Source of the DNA: an uncultured Methylomirabilota bacterium
Lineage (GTDB): Bacteria > Methylomirabilota > Methylomirabilia > Methylomirabilales > 2-02-FULL-66-22
Length of the DNA: 64,000 bases
Assembly: GCA_963705305.1 (NCBI GenBank)
Contig: OY970067.1
Span: 1,152,001-1,216,000 of the forward strand
Direction: 5' to 3'
Shown here: piece by piece, positions 48,721 through 58,568 of the stretch
How the letters are laid out: every line of letters starts with the position of its first letter
Numbering within the stretch: the stretch's first letter is position 1
Notes under the pieces: generated by a model
The model's database searches: none
Told to the model about the DNA's origin: nothing
Seen by the model: only the letters and a program-made list of their open reading frames with translations
Position numbers and translations under genes: made by a program

Positions 48721-48837
48721 CTGCCGGTGGAGGGCGTCATGGAGCCACCCCAGGGAGCCGACGCTGGCCACGGCCAGGACCAAGGCCAGCACGAGCACCA
48801 CATACAGCCAGACATTGACATCGGTGAGCTTGGCCAT
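48520..48837 (-). CDS. Small single-TM protein, possibly a chimeric or truncated remnant
   Basis: AGGAGG RBS; MAKLTDVNVWLYVVLVLALVLAVASVG; 3' half is antisense to the radical SAM fragment. Confidence 0.45.
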   Translation of the reverse strand: MAKLTDVNVWLYVVLVLALVLAVASVGSLGWLHDALHRQAVEAVARTRGEIDRQLRMDFGLSACRRFRLPICLCQDQVRAGRLWWEVRQVDEVLAGQRLARSRFL

Positions 48838-48938
48838 TGTCTGAACCTCCTGCCGCCCCAGCACTGAGCCCCTCTTCTCTTTCCTCACCCGGCCTCCGGA
48901 AGGGCGCACCCCCCGCGGCCGGACGGCCCGGGGGGAGG

Positions 48939-49772
48939 CTATACCCAGGCACCCCCGCCCCGCAGCTGCGTCCTGGTCACGAGGCCGTTCTCCACACCCC
49001 GGCACCCATCGATGGACCGGGCCATGATCGAGAGCGCGGCCTTCTCCTCCTCGCCCTCCACCAGGCCGTAGAGGTGGAGCACCCCCGCGCGGGCGTCGAT
49101 CCCCAGCCCCCGGTTCGTCACCCAGTCTTCTGCGGCGAGACGAGCCCTCATCGCCTGCACCAGCTCGCCGTCGCTCAGGACGCTCCCTGTCCCCTGGGGC
49201 GCATCCGCCACCACCGGGAGCAGGTCCGTCCGGCTGACGGTGCCGACGAGCCTCCCATGGGCGACGACGGGGACCTCGCGCACGTCGTGGGCCAGCACCT
49301 CGGCAGCCGCCTGGATCGCCATGGCGGGGTCCACCGGGGCCGGGACCGCGCCCATGAGCTCCGCGACGGTCTGCCCGGCGCGCAGCTGGTACGCCCGGGC
49401 CCCGGCCGCCGGCCCTTCGAACAGCCCGCGCCACCAGCTGCGGCGGCGGGGCCGGAGCCGGGCCAGCAGGGTGGCCTCGGCCAGCCACCCCACCAGCCGG
49501 CCCTGCGCATCCACCACCGGCAGGCCGGTCCGGCCGTGCTGCCGCAACCGCCGGGCGGCCACCGGCACGGGATCGGTTGGCCGCACGGTCACCAGAACCC
49601 GGTTCATCACGTCCGCGACCCGGCTGGGCTGGCGCGCGGCCGCGGGGGCGGGCCGCACCCCCACCGGCAGGGCCCGCTCCGACTTCCCGCCATTCGCCGG
49701 GGCTGAAGCCGGCAGGGTCGGGGTCGCTTCGCGCACGTCCCAGTCTTGGTGCAATGTCTCAAGGAGTTTCAT
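48939..49772 (-). CDS. CBS-pair plus BON domain protein
   Basis: VADVMNR, LPVVD..GRLVG, VPVV..GRLVGTVSRTDLL, LHLYGLV..CRGVENGL. Confidence 0.8.
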   Translation of the reverse strand: MKLLETLHQDWDVREATPTLPASAPANGGKSERALPVGVRPAPAAARQPSRVADVMNRVLVTVRPTDPVPVAARRLRQHGRTGLPVVDAQGRLVGWLAEATLLARLRPRRRSWWRGLFEGPAAGARAYQLRAGQTVAELMGAVPAPVDPAMAIQAAAEVLAHDVREVPVVAHGRLVGTVSRTDLLPVVADAPQGTGSVLSDGELVQAMRARLAAEDWVTNRGLGIDARAGVLHLYGLVEGEEEKAALSIMARSIDGCRGVENGLVTRTQLRGGGAWV

Positions 49773-50275
49773 GGTCGTGGCACCTCTTTCGCGGGCCGAG
49801 AGCTGCCCGGGCGCCCTGCCGCATCCTGGCCAGGGCCCACCTCGGTTGTCACAGGCTCCCGACACGCAATGGCTGTTTCCTCTCCTGGGGCCTCGCCCCG
49901 CGGGCGGCTCTCCCGCCCGTTCCACGCTCACGATAGGCGGGCAGCCGCGCGGTGCCTACTAAAGTTACGCGCAAGAATGGGCCCCAACCCGTCAAGACCC
50001 GTCACCATCCCGGGCGGGCGGCGGGCGCCCGGCCGTGCCCCCGGTGCCAGGAATGGCGGGGCGTTGGGGCCGCCGACCCCCGCGGCGCGCACCCCGCTCG
50101 GGTGTAAAGATCCATCAAGACGGGGGACAGGATCGCCCGGCGCAGGCGGCCCTCGCCCAGGCCAGGCGACGGGCGGTGTGGGAACTGACGGAAGGAACTC
50201 CCGAGAGACGCGAACCGGCGGGAGACGGCCGGGTATTCTCGGTCCCCCTGTGGTACTGCGACGGGGGCTTTGTGA

Positions 50276-50304
50276 TTGACACCACTCGGAGGGCTCGGTA
50301 CGCT
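50276..50304 (+). promoter_or_regulatory. Sigma70-like promoter
   Basis: TTGACA-17-TACGCT upstream of the SMR-like gene. Confidence 0.55.
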
Positions 50305-50422
50305 CCCGTCAACCGAACTCCTCGCCTTTTCTCCTGCAATCCAGAGGGTGTTATTCGGAAACCATATAGGCGTAGTTAGTTCCACCAGGGCCGTCCCGCT
50401 CGACCCGGCAATCGGAGGTCCC

Positions 50423-50758
50423 ATGCGATTCTCGGCGCTCACCTATCTGTCCCTGATTGCAGCTGCAGTGCTGGAAGTCGCCGGCAACGCGGTCATCAGA
50501 CGAGGTCTGCGGGGCGGTACGCTCGTGCTGGTCGCGGTGGGCTTCGTGGTGCTCGGAAGCTACGGCGTCACACTGAACCTCGTGCACTGGGACTTCTCCA
50601 GACTGCTTGGCGTGTACGTGGCGGTGTTTGCGGTCACGGCGGTACTTTTCGGTCGCTTCTTCTTTCAGGAGATCGTCCCCATGTCGACTTGGGTCGGGCT
50701 TGCCATCATCGTCGCGGGAGCCGCTGTGATTCAGTTCGGTAGTGTCGCCGTGAGGTAG
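50423..50758 (+). CDS. Four-TM SMR/YnfA-like small membrane protein
   Basis: AAAVLEVAG (TM1 Glu), DFSRLLGVY, four hydrophobic helices; GGAGG RBS. Confidence 0.8.
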   Translation: MRFSALTYLSLIAAAVLEVAGNAVIRRGLRGGTLVLVAVGFVVLGSYGVTLNLVHWDFSRLLGVYVAVFAVTAVLFGRFFFQEIVPMSTWVGLAIIVAGAAVIQFGSVAVR

Positions 50759-51152
50759 CGTGCCCCTAACACCGGCATCGGGCAGAACGCCGGAGGCTCC
50801 ACTGTGCGGAGAGGGTATTGGGCGTCGGCTCATGCCAATTACGTTAAACCTTCACGCCGGGGTGGGAAGCAATCGAGAGGAGAACCAGGGTCGCACGCGG
50901 TGATTTTGTATCACTCCCAGGAGGTCTTCTTGCTATCTCTCCACGTTTTCTGTATTCTCGATTCGCTACAGGCATCGGGCTGAAAAGCGCTGTGTGGTCG
51001 CCGGCCCTGGAGCCCCTCTTCCCGCACCTGGCGCGACGGCGCCTCGACCGGGGGGCTGCAGAGCCCTTGAGACATCCACCGAGGGCGGGTCAGGGGAAGG
51101 GCCAATCGCGCGTCCCAAGGCGTACCGATACCGAGGAGAGCGAGGAAGCAGC

Positions 51153-52328
51153 ATGACGATGAAGGCCGCCGCTCGCCACGCATTGTTGGGGTGCCTGGTG
51201 TTGTTGCTGGTGGCACCGCCCGGCGCCCTGGCGCAGGCTCCCCCCCCGCCCCCCGCGGGTGCCCCGGCTCCGCCGACCTTCTACGCGGAAGAGCTGGATC
51301 AGCTCCTGGCGCCGATTGCCCTGTATCCCGATGCCCTCCTGGCGCAGATCCTGATGGCGGCCACCTACCCGCTGGAGGTGGTCGAGGCCGCCCGCTGGGT
51401 CCAGGCCTATCCCAGCGTCCAGGGGCCGCAGCTCGAGGCGGCGATGCAGCAGCAGCCGTGGGATCCGAGCGTGAAGTCGCTGACGGCCTTTCCCCAGGTG
51501 CTCGCCATGATGAGTGCGAGGCTGGACTGGACCCAGAGGGTGGGGGACGCCTTCTTGGCCCAACCGCAGGACGTGATGGCCACCGTGCAGCTCCTGCGGG
51601 CCAAGGCGCAGGCCGCCGGCTACCTTCAGAGTACCCCTCAGCAGGTGGTCGACGTCGAGCCCCAGGGCATCCAGATCGAGCCGGCGGACCCGCAGGTCGT
51701 CTATGTGCCTATTTACGACCCCACCGTGGTGTACGGGCCGTGGTGGTACCCGGCCTATCCCCCCACGTATTGGTTGCCGGGGTACGTGGCCGGGGCCCCG
51801 GCGTTCTCGTTCGGCCTCGGCGTGGCCGTGGGGGCGGCGCTCTGGGGCGGCTTCGACTGGGGCCACCACAGCGTCCACATCAACGCCACCAACTTCAATG
51901 CCTTTAACCGGACCACCATCACAAGCCCCGCTTGGCACCATGACCCAAGTCACCGCCGGAATGTCCCCTACTATGCTCCCGGGGTGCGGCAGCAGTTCGG
52001 GCAGGGCCCGCGGCCGGGCGTGGACGCCCGGGAGGCATTCCGCGGCCGCGCGCCAGAGGCGCCGCAGCCCGCGGCGCCGCCTGCCGCCGAGCGTCGTCCA
52101 GGCAGCGGAGCGGCCGCGCGCGCCGGGGGCGGCCCGCCGGGCGGTCGGGGCGTGCTGCCGGCTCCCCAGGCGCCCGGCTTCCCTGCCGCGCTCGAAGAGC
52201 TGGGACGCGGCAGCGAGACCCGGAGCGCCAGCGAGCGCGGACGCCTGAGCCGTCAGAGCATGGGGGCGCCCCGGCCCGCCCCCAGCGCGCCGCGGCCGAC
52301 GGGCGGCGGGGGCGGACGGCGCAGGTGA
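51153..52328 (+). CDS. DUF3300 domain protein
   Basis: ELDQLLAPIALYPDALLAQILMAATYPLEVV, WDPSVK, VYVPIYDP. Confidence 0.9.
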   Translation: MTMKAAARHALLGCLVLLLVAPPGALAQAPPPPPAGAPAPPTFYAEELDQLLAPIALYPDALLAQILMAATYPLEVVEAARWVQAYPSVQGPQLEAAMQQQPWDPSVKSLTAFPQVLAMMSARLDWTQRVGDAFLAQPQDVMATVQLLRAKAQAAGYLQSTPQQVVDVEPQGIQIEPADPQVVYVPIYDPTVVYGPWWYPAYPPTYWLPGYVAGAPAFSFGLGVAVGAALWGGFDWGHHSVHINATNFNAFNRTTITSPAWHHDPSHRRNVPYYAPGVRQQFGQGPRPGVDAREAFRGRAPEAPQPAAPPAAERRPGSGAAARAGGGPPGGRGVLPAPQAPGFPAALEELGRGSETRSASERGRLSRQSMGAPRPAPSAPRPTGGGGGRRR

Positions 52329-52416
52329 AGGGTGTCGCGGGCGCCCCGGGGATGAGCTCCCCAACGTCCACCCCGTGCGGAGCATTGAAAGCATGGCAGC
52401 TCTGGAGGAGTCCAGG

Positions 52417-53397
52417 ATGTCCTCACCCACTCGGCATGCGCGCCTCACCCTGACCCGGCGGCTCGCCATCGCCGCCGTGGCGGTGTTCCTCATCGGTGCG
52501 GTCGGCCCCCCGGCAGCGGTTGCCGCCAGCCCGGCGCAGCGGACCTTCGCCTCCCCCGAGGAGGCGGTGCAGGCCCTCGTGGCGGCCGTGAGAGCGGGGG
52601 ACACGAAGGCCCTCGCCGCGATCCTCGGCCCCGGGAGCAGGCCCCTGATCCGGTCGGGAGACAAGGTGGCCGACGCGCAGGCGCGGGAGCGGTTCGTCCA
52701 GGCGTATGAGCAGGCGAACAAGCTGGAAAACCCCACCGGGACGCGGGCGGTTTTGGTCCTGGGCCAGGACGAGTGGCCGCTGCCGATCCCGCTGGTGAAG
52801 GAGGGAGATGCCTGGCGCTTCGACACCGCCGCGGGGAAACAGGAAATCCTAAACCGCCGCATCGGGCGCAACGAGCTAAACACCGTGCAGGTCTGCCTGG
52901 CCTATGTCGATGCGCAGCGCGAGTACGCCCGGGTGCCGCGCGAGGCCGACGGGCTGCTCAAGTATGCGATGCAGTTCCGCAGCGACAAGGGCAGGCAGAA
53001 CGGCCTCTACTGGCGGACGCGCGCGGGCGAGACGCCGAGTCCGTTGGGCCCGCTCGTCGCGAATGCCAGAGCCGAAGGGTACCGCCACAAGCGGTCGGGC
53101 CGCAGGCCCACGCCCTACCACGGCTACCTCTTCCGGATCCTGCCGGCCCAGGGCCCGGCCGCGCCGGGCGGCGCCTACGACTACGTCGTCGACGGCAAGA
53201 TGATCGGCGGGTTTGCGCTCGTCGCGTTTCCGGCGCGATATGGGATCTCCGGGGTCATGACCTTCCTCGTGAACCACCAGGCTGTCGTCTACGAGAAGGA
53301 CCTCGGCCCGGACACCGGAAACATCGCGCGCGCCATGGAGGCGTACAACCCGGACGACACCTGGAAGAAAGTGAAAGAGCCGCCGCCCACCCAGTAG
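52417..53397 (+). CDS. DUF2950 family protein
   Basis: FASPEEA, WPLPIPLV, RRIGRNE, PYHGY, GVMTF. Confidence 0.9.
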   Translation: MSSPTRHARLTLTRRLAIAAVAVFLIGAVGPPAAVAASPAQRTFASPEEAVQALVAAVRAGDTKALAAILGPGSRPLIRSGDKVADAQARERFVQAYEQANKLENPTGTRAVLVLGQDEWPLPIPLVKEGDAWRFDTAAGKQEILNRRIGRNELNTVQVCLAYVDAQREYARVPREADGLLKYAMQFRSDKGRQNGLYWRTRAGETPSPLGPLVANARAEGYRHKRSGRRPTPYHGYLFRILPAQGPAAPGGAYDYVVDGKMIGGFALVAFPARYGISGVMTFLVNHQAVVYEKDLGPDTGNIARAMEAYNPDDTWKKVKEPPPTQ

Positions 53398-54010
53398 CCA
53401 TTTGCCCCGAGGTCTCCGTCGCGAGCGTTCCAGAATATTCATTGGCCATGTAGGAGCTCGGCCCTCCTGGACTCCTAACCAGCGCCAGCCACTTTCCATT
53501 GCCGGCCAGAGGCGGATCGAAAGGTTCGCTCCATTATGGGGCCGGGCCCCCGGCACCCCCATTGGGCAAAACAGATTCCTCGGCTCTCGTTCGAGTCCCC
53601 AGCGGGGTACGCTCGCGGGCGGCAGCGGCTCTCGCCTTCAATCTCCGGGGGCAGGCTTTTGGGGCGCAAGCCTCCCAACGCCGCAGAACCCCCTGTTACC
53701 TCATTGAGATCCCGAGGGGTTCTCCGTTTCGCGTTCGGTCACGGCAGGTCGTTTGTGTCGCTATCACACCGCCTCCCCTGGAGCCGTGCCGGTGGGGAAC
53801 GATGGGTACCCCTGGCGGACATCGCGACACCCTTGTACGCGCCCCCGAGGGTTCCACCCGGCGCGTCGGCGGGGCGCTTGACAGTGCGGCAAGGCGCGCG
53901 GTAGGCTCGCCCCCGCGGGTGGCCTCGGTGCACCCTCTGCCCGCGAATCGCTGGGAACGGTCAAGCCGTCTGCGGTTGACGGAACCATCGAGCGTCTCGA
54001 GGAGGCACCA

Positions 54011-54193
54011 TTGGCCAGATGCCCATACTGCGCAAGGGAACTGACAGGAACGCAGCCCGCGTGTCCGGATCATTTGCACCTGTGGCAGAAGGAGCCACGA
54101 CACGGCACCGCCCGGTCCGTGGTGCCCATACGCCCCACCGCCAAGCGCCAAGCCAGCCGGAGCGCAGGCCGCAGGGGAGGGCGAGGCCGTTAG
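54011..54193 (+). CDS. Small zinc-ribbon-like protein
   Basis: GAGGAGG RBS before TTG; CPYC-x9-CPDH; TTGACA-18-TAGGCT at about 53878. Confidence 0.5.
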   Translation: MARCPYCARELTGTQPACPDHLHLWQKEPRHGTARSVVPIRPTAKRQASRSAGRRGGRGR

Positions 54194-54739
54194 GAACCCC
54201 CCGCTCGGATGAAAGACCGAGGGCACGCTCTGACGGTCAGCGAGGGTGTCCCCAGCCCTCATCCCCGTCTTGCTGCGCGGTGCGCTCCCACCGGCCGGAG
54301 GCCGTTAGAACGTCCGGGCGCGGCTTCTTGGGAACGCTTCCCCCCCATCCATCGTTGGGTGCTCTGCCCTGCCGCTGCGGCCGGCGGCCTCCTCCTGGCG
54401 AGCGTGGCTCGCCCTTTGACGGTGGCTTCTCCGACGGCGTGCGGCGCCACGGCCGCTGCACAGCGGCGCGGCGGGGCACCCGAAGGCGCGCTCCTGGCCC
54501 CTGGGCGCGAGGCGGGGACCCCCGGTCATTGTGCCCGTGAGGAGGCCGGGGGGCGACTTCCGCCCAGCGGGTGCCCCTGAAGCTCCTGTGCGACGCCCGG
54601 CTCGACCCCGGGGTCGTCCGGAGCCCCGGCATGTCGGTCCCCCCCGTGACGGTGCGGCGAGGGGGACACTCCATGCGCCGACGAGGGGGCCCCTCCTGCA
54701 GTCGGAGGGGGGGCCGGCACCGCTCGACTGAGGGATGAG

Positions 54740-56290
54740 ATGCCCGTGCCTCCGCGGAACCCGTGGCCGGTGGCCATCGCGGTCATGTCCAGCGCCGTCA
54801 TGGAGGTGCTGGACACTTCCGTGGTGAACGTCAGCCTGCCCCACATCGCCGGCAGTCTGTCCGCGACGGTGGACGAGGCGACGTGGGTGCTCACGTCCTA
54901 CATCGTCGCCAACGCGGTGATCCTGCCCATCTCCGGCTGGCTGGCCAACTACTTCGGCCGCAAGCGCCTCCTCCTGGCGGTGGTGACGGGGTTCACCGTC
55001 TCCAGCGCCCTGTGCGGCATGGCGCCCACCCTGCCGCTGCTGATCTTCTTCCGGGTCATGCAGGGCACGACGGGCGGCGGCCTGCAGCCTCTGTCCCAGG
55101 CCGTCCTGCTGGAAGAGTTTCCGGTGGAGGAACGGGGGAAGGCCATGGCCTTCTGGTCCCTCGGGATCATGGCGGCCCCCATGCTGGGCCCCACGCTGGG
55201 GGGCTATCTGACCGACACCTACTCCTGGCGCTGGGTGTTCTACATTAATTTGCCCATCGGCGTCCTCAGTCTGGTCATGATCTCCCTGTTCCTGTACGAC
55301 CCCCCCTACATCCAGCGTCACTCCACCCGCGTGGACCTCTGGGGGCTGGGGATGCTGGCCCTCGGGATCGGGGCGCTCCAGGTGATGCTGGACCGGGGAC
55401 AGGAGGAGGACTGGTTCGGGTCGCACTTCATCGTGACCCTGGCCATCACGGCAGCCATCATGCTGACGGCTTTCGCCCTCTGGGAGCTGCACGTCCCGGA
55501 CCCCATCGTGCACTTCCGCCTCGTCCAGTACCGGTCCTTCGCGGCCGGGATCCTGCTCGTCACGGTCCATGGCTTCATCGTGTACGGCAGCCTCGTGCTG
55601 CTTCCCCTCTTCATGCAGACGCTCTTGGGCTGGACCGCCGTCACGGCCGGCATCTGGACCAGCCCCCGGGGTGTCGGCACCGCCCTCTGCATGCCGCTGG
55701 TGGGTTATCTCTTGGGCAAGGGGTGGGATGGCCGCAAGATGGTCGCGTTCGGGTTCGCCGTGACGAGCCTGGCCTTCTTCGGCTACTCGCGCATGACCCT
55801 GGACTCCGGGACCTGGGACATCTTTTGGGACCAGATCAACCAGGGGGTGGGCATGTCGTTCATCTTCGTCCCCCTCACCACGCTGACCATGGACCCCATC
55901 CCGCTGACGGAGATGGGCTACGCGACCAGCCTGTACAGCGTGGTGCGCAACATCGGCTCCAGCATGGGCATCTCGTTCGTCACCACCTGGGTGGCCCGGC
56001 GGTCGCAGTTCCACCAGACCCTGCTCGCCGCCCATGTGACGGCCCTGAATCCCCGGGCCCAGCAGGCCCTCGCCCAGCTGCAGCAGTCCGTCTTCCAGAC
56101 GCACGCCGACCCTGTCACGGCCAGCCGCCAGGCCCTCGCCGCCCTCTACGCCATGGTCCAGCAGCAGGCCGCCCTCCTGAGCTATGGCGAGGTGTTCCAG
56201 CTGATGGGGCTCCTCTACCTGGGCGTGGTCCCCCTGGTTCCCCTCATGCGGCGGGCCCGGGCGAGGGCCGGAGCTTCCGGAGTGCACTGA
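54740..56290 (+). CDS. DHA2/EmrB-family MFS efflux permease
   Basis: EVLDTSVVNVSLP, WVLTSY, WRWVFYINLPIG; no EmrA partner nearby. Confidence 0.93.
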   Translation: MPVPPRNPWPVAIAVMSSAVMEVLDTSVVNVSLPHIAGSLSATVDEATWVLTSYIVANAVILPISGWLANYFGRKRLLLAVVTGFTVSSALCGMAPTLPLLIFFRVMQGTTGGGLQPLSQAVLLEEFPVEERGKAMAFWSLGIMAAPMLGPTLGGYLTDTYSWRWVFYINLPIGVLSLVMISLFLYDPPYIQRHSTRVDLWGLGMLALGIGALQVMLDRGQEEDWFGSHFIVTLAITAAIMLTAFALWELHVPDPIVHFRLVQYRSFAAGILLVTVHGFIVYGSLVLLPLFMQTLLGWTAVTAGIWTSPRGVGTALCMPLVGYLLGKGWDGRKMVAFGFAVTSLAFFGYSRMTLDSGTWDIFWDQINQGVGMSFIFVPLTTLTMDPIPLTEMGYATSLYSVVRNIGSSMGISFVTTWVARRSQFHQTLLAAHVTALNPRAQQALAQLQQSVFQTHADPVTASRQALAALYAMVQQQAALLSYGEVFQLMGLLYLGVVPLVPLMRRARARAGASGVH

Positions 56291-56304
56291 CTCGGGCGGT
56301 TCCC

Positions 56305-56964
56305 TGTTCTCCGCAAATTCATTCGTTCGTCCGGTCGCGCTGCGCGCCTTTCCTGGCTGTATTCGTGATGGAGCCCACCGAGAATCGCTCGCGCCACGAC
56401 CCGGGTCTTCCGCGGGAGGCGATGCCCAGCCAGCAGGGACGCAGGCACCCCGGGCGATGGCTCCGGCAGGCCCGGACCGAGCCCGGCATGAGGGCGGCCG
56501 CGATTATAAGGGACTTTCCACACACCCAGGATTCGCCGCAGGTGATCCTCGCCGAAGGGAATCAGGTAATCGAGACACTCCCGGCGAAGCGTTCCGAGGA
56601 GTCGCTCGCAAGAGCAATTCGCCAGGGGCGCTTGGACCGGCGTGCGAAGGATGCGGACACCCATCGCGGTAACGCCCGCGTCCAGCCAGGGCGAATAGAT
56701 GCTGTCCCGCTCGTGGAGGACGAACCGGTAGCCGTGCGCCTCGGCGAGGATTTCCCGGACCTGCGGCAGGGTCCACGCCGCGGTTGGGTGGGTCGTGGCA
56801 CTGACGTGGCGTAGGCGGCGGCTCCCGATCTCGAGTGCGACAAAGACATAGAGGACGCGGAACGTCGCGGTCACCACGACGCAGAAATCACACGCCGCGA
56901 GCGTCTGGGCGTGATTCTGGACGAACGTCGCCCAGCGCTGCTTGGTCGCGCGGGACGGGGCGCC
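56305..56964 (-). pseudogene. 5'-truncated rve/integrase-core transposase (IS481-like)
   Basis: ACDF..TATFRVLYV, ERLLGTLRRECLD, YNRGRPH, GGLHHEY; element end TGTTCTCCGCAAA at 56305. Confidence 0.8.
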
Positions 56965-58132
56965 TGTCGTTCCTGAAAACCCGTAATCAGCTTCCCGATT
57001 GACCTCTCCCTCAATTTGCGGCAAGCGGCCCGCCTCGAAGATCCCCTGCTTGACCAAAGGATCCTGCCTCATGATGCCCATCGTGCATGCCTGGCTCCGG
57101 TTCGTGGTCGGCACGTGTCGCTCGCGGATTGGTCTCCAACTCGAAATCGTGGCGCTGCGGCACCAGCTCGCGGTCTACCAACGAACCATTCGGCGGCCGC
57201 AGGTCCGCCCAAGCGACCGGATCTTCTGGGCATGGCTGGCCCGGCATTGGGGCCGGTGGCGAGCAGCCCTGGTCTTCGTCCAGCCGGCCACCGTGCTGGC
57301 CTGGCAGCGCCGACGGTTCCGGGACCACTGGGCGCGGCTCAGCCGGCGGACCACCCCGGGCCGCCCGGCGGTCAGCCCAGAACTCCGGAGGCTGATCCGG
57401 GACCTCTCGACCGCAAACCCGCGGTCGGGCTCGCCGCGGATCCTGGGAGAACTGCGGAAGCTGGGGATTGCCGTGGCGAAATCCACGGTCGAGAAGTACC
57501 GGGTCCGCCCGCGGCGCCCGTCCGACCCGACCTGGCGCGCGTTCCTGCAGAATCATGCGTCGGAGCTCGTCGCTCTCGATTTCTTCACCGTGTCGACCGT
57601 GAGCTTCAAGGTCCTCTTTGTGCTCGTCATCTTGGCGCATGTCCGTCGCCGCGTTCTCCACTTCAACGTGACGGAGCATCCGACCGCCCAGTGGACCGCG
57701 CAGCACCTGGGCGCGGCCTTCCCGTGGGAGGCGGCGCCCCGGGCTCTCCTCCGGGACCGCGATGGGGTGTATGGCGAGACCTTTCAGCAGCGCGTGGCGG
57801 GCTTGGGCCTGGCGCAAGTGCTCACCGCCCCGCGGAGTCCCTGGCAGCATCCGTTTGCGGAGCACCTCATCGGGGGCGTTCGGCGGGAGTGTTTGGACCA
57901 CGCGATCGTCTGCAGCGAGGGTCCTCTCCGCCGCGTGCTCGCGCAATGCTTCCGATGCTATCACCGCTGGCGCACGCACCTCTCGTTGGCCATGGACGCT
58001 CCTGATCGGCGAACCGCGCAGCCTCCAGAGCAGGGTGCTGTTGTCGAGGTCCCGGAGGTGGGTAGGCTACATCACCATTATGAACGGAGGGCCGCGTGAG
58101 GACCGACGTGCGATAGGTTTTCGGGAAGCACA
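56965..58132 (+). mobile_element. IS481-like element (1168 bp)
   Basis: Ends TGTCGTTCCTGAAAACC and (reverse complement) TGTGCTTCCCGAAAACC, 14/17 match; no target duplication. Confidence 0.75.
57071..58099 (+). CDS. rve/integrase-core transposase, partly degenerate
   Basis: LRHQL, RILGELRKLG, LDFFTV, RDRD, RRECLD, LHHHYER. Confidence 0.82.
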   Translation: MMPIVHAWLRFVVGTCRSRIGLQLEIVALRHQLAVYQRTIRRPQVRPSDRIFWAWLARHWGRWRAALVFVQPATVLAWQRRRFRDHWARLSRRTTPGRPAVSPELRRLIRDLSTANPRSGSPRILGELRKLGIAVAKSTVEKYRVRPRRPSDPTWRAFLQNHASELVALDFFTVSTVSFKVLFVLVILAHVRRRVLHFNVTEHPTAQWTAQHLGAAFPWEAAPRALLRDRDGVYGETFQQRVAGLGLAQVLTAPRSPWQHPFAEHLIGGVRRECLDHAIVCSEGPLRRVLAQCFRCYHRWRTHLSLAMDAPDRRTAQPPEQGAVVEVPEVGRLHHHYERRAA

Positions 58133-58254
58133 GGTTCGCTACAGAATTTGGCCGTATTTCATCGTACTGGACCGTACACGTCCTCAAATGCCGAGGCCCG
58201 CGCAACCCCTTGTCGCGCGGGCCTTTTCCTCGAAAACCCCTATGAAACCTGTGA

Positions 58255-58314
58255 CTCCCCGGGTAGGACTCGAACTACAACCCAGCGGTTAATCCGCCGA
58301 CGGCGGACTCGCTC
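58255..58314 (-). pseudogene. tRNA-Asn-like 3' fragment (att core) with the anticodon arm disrupted
   Basis: Minus strand GAGCGAG[TCCGCCGTCGGCGGA]TTAACCGCTGGGTTGTAGTTCGAGTCCTACCCGGGGAG: T-arm and acceptor 3' strand present, no 5' half. Confidence 0.75.
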
Positions 58315-58393
58315 CATGTTGAGGAACCTTTAGAATCAGTCTGTTACAACATTGAAAAGGGTCGGTGGAGGTTTTGGTGGCGGTTCGTTTTTC
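58284..58393. repeat. att-like 110-bp repeat, copy 2
   Basis: Matches 47930-48039; IHF-like AATCAGTCTGTTA and tandem GGTGG(A/C)GG arm-like repeats. Confidence 0.85.
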
Positions 58394-58568
58394 ATGGGAG
58401 CGAGGTTTCGGTCATCTGACAACAATCTCAGGCTGGCCCTTGATGCAGGCCGTAGTAAGGATCAACCGGGAGGGCTATTTCGAGTATTCGGGAACCACAG
58501 GTCAACCGGTCAATGCGGCAGGACCACACGAGTTGACAGCTCTGCACCTTGGCTACTCAGCTCTTTGA

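Noticed and set aside
50195..50235. Guanidine-I (ykkC) riboswitch-like CCGAGAG..GCGGGA..CCGGG upstream of the SMR-like gene
   Set aside because: The conserved 5' segment is missing and the match lies upstream of the predicted promoter; an Infernal search would settle it
53589..53610. tRNA T-loop-like GTTCGAGTCCCC
   Set aside because: No T-stem pairing, acceptor stem or other arms
56215..57114. 299-aa ORF as one real gene
   Set aside because: Chimera of the antisense IS end and the truncated transposase, reading through into the emrB-like gene
58255..58330. Intact tRNA-Asn
   Set aside because: 5' half absent, anticodon disrupted and one T-stem base missing
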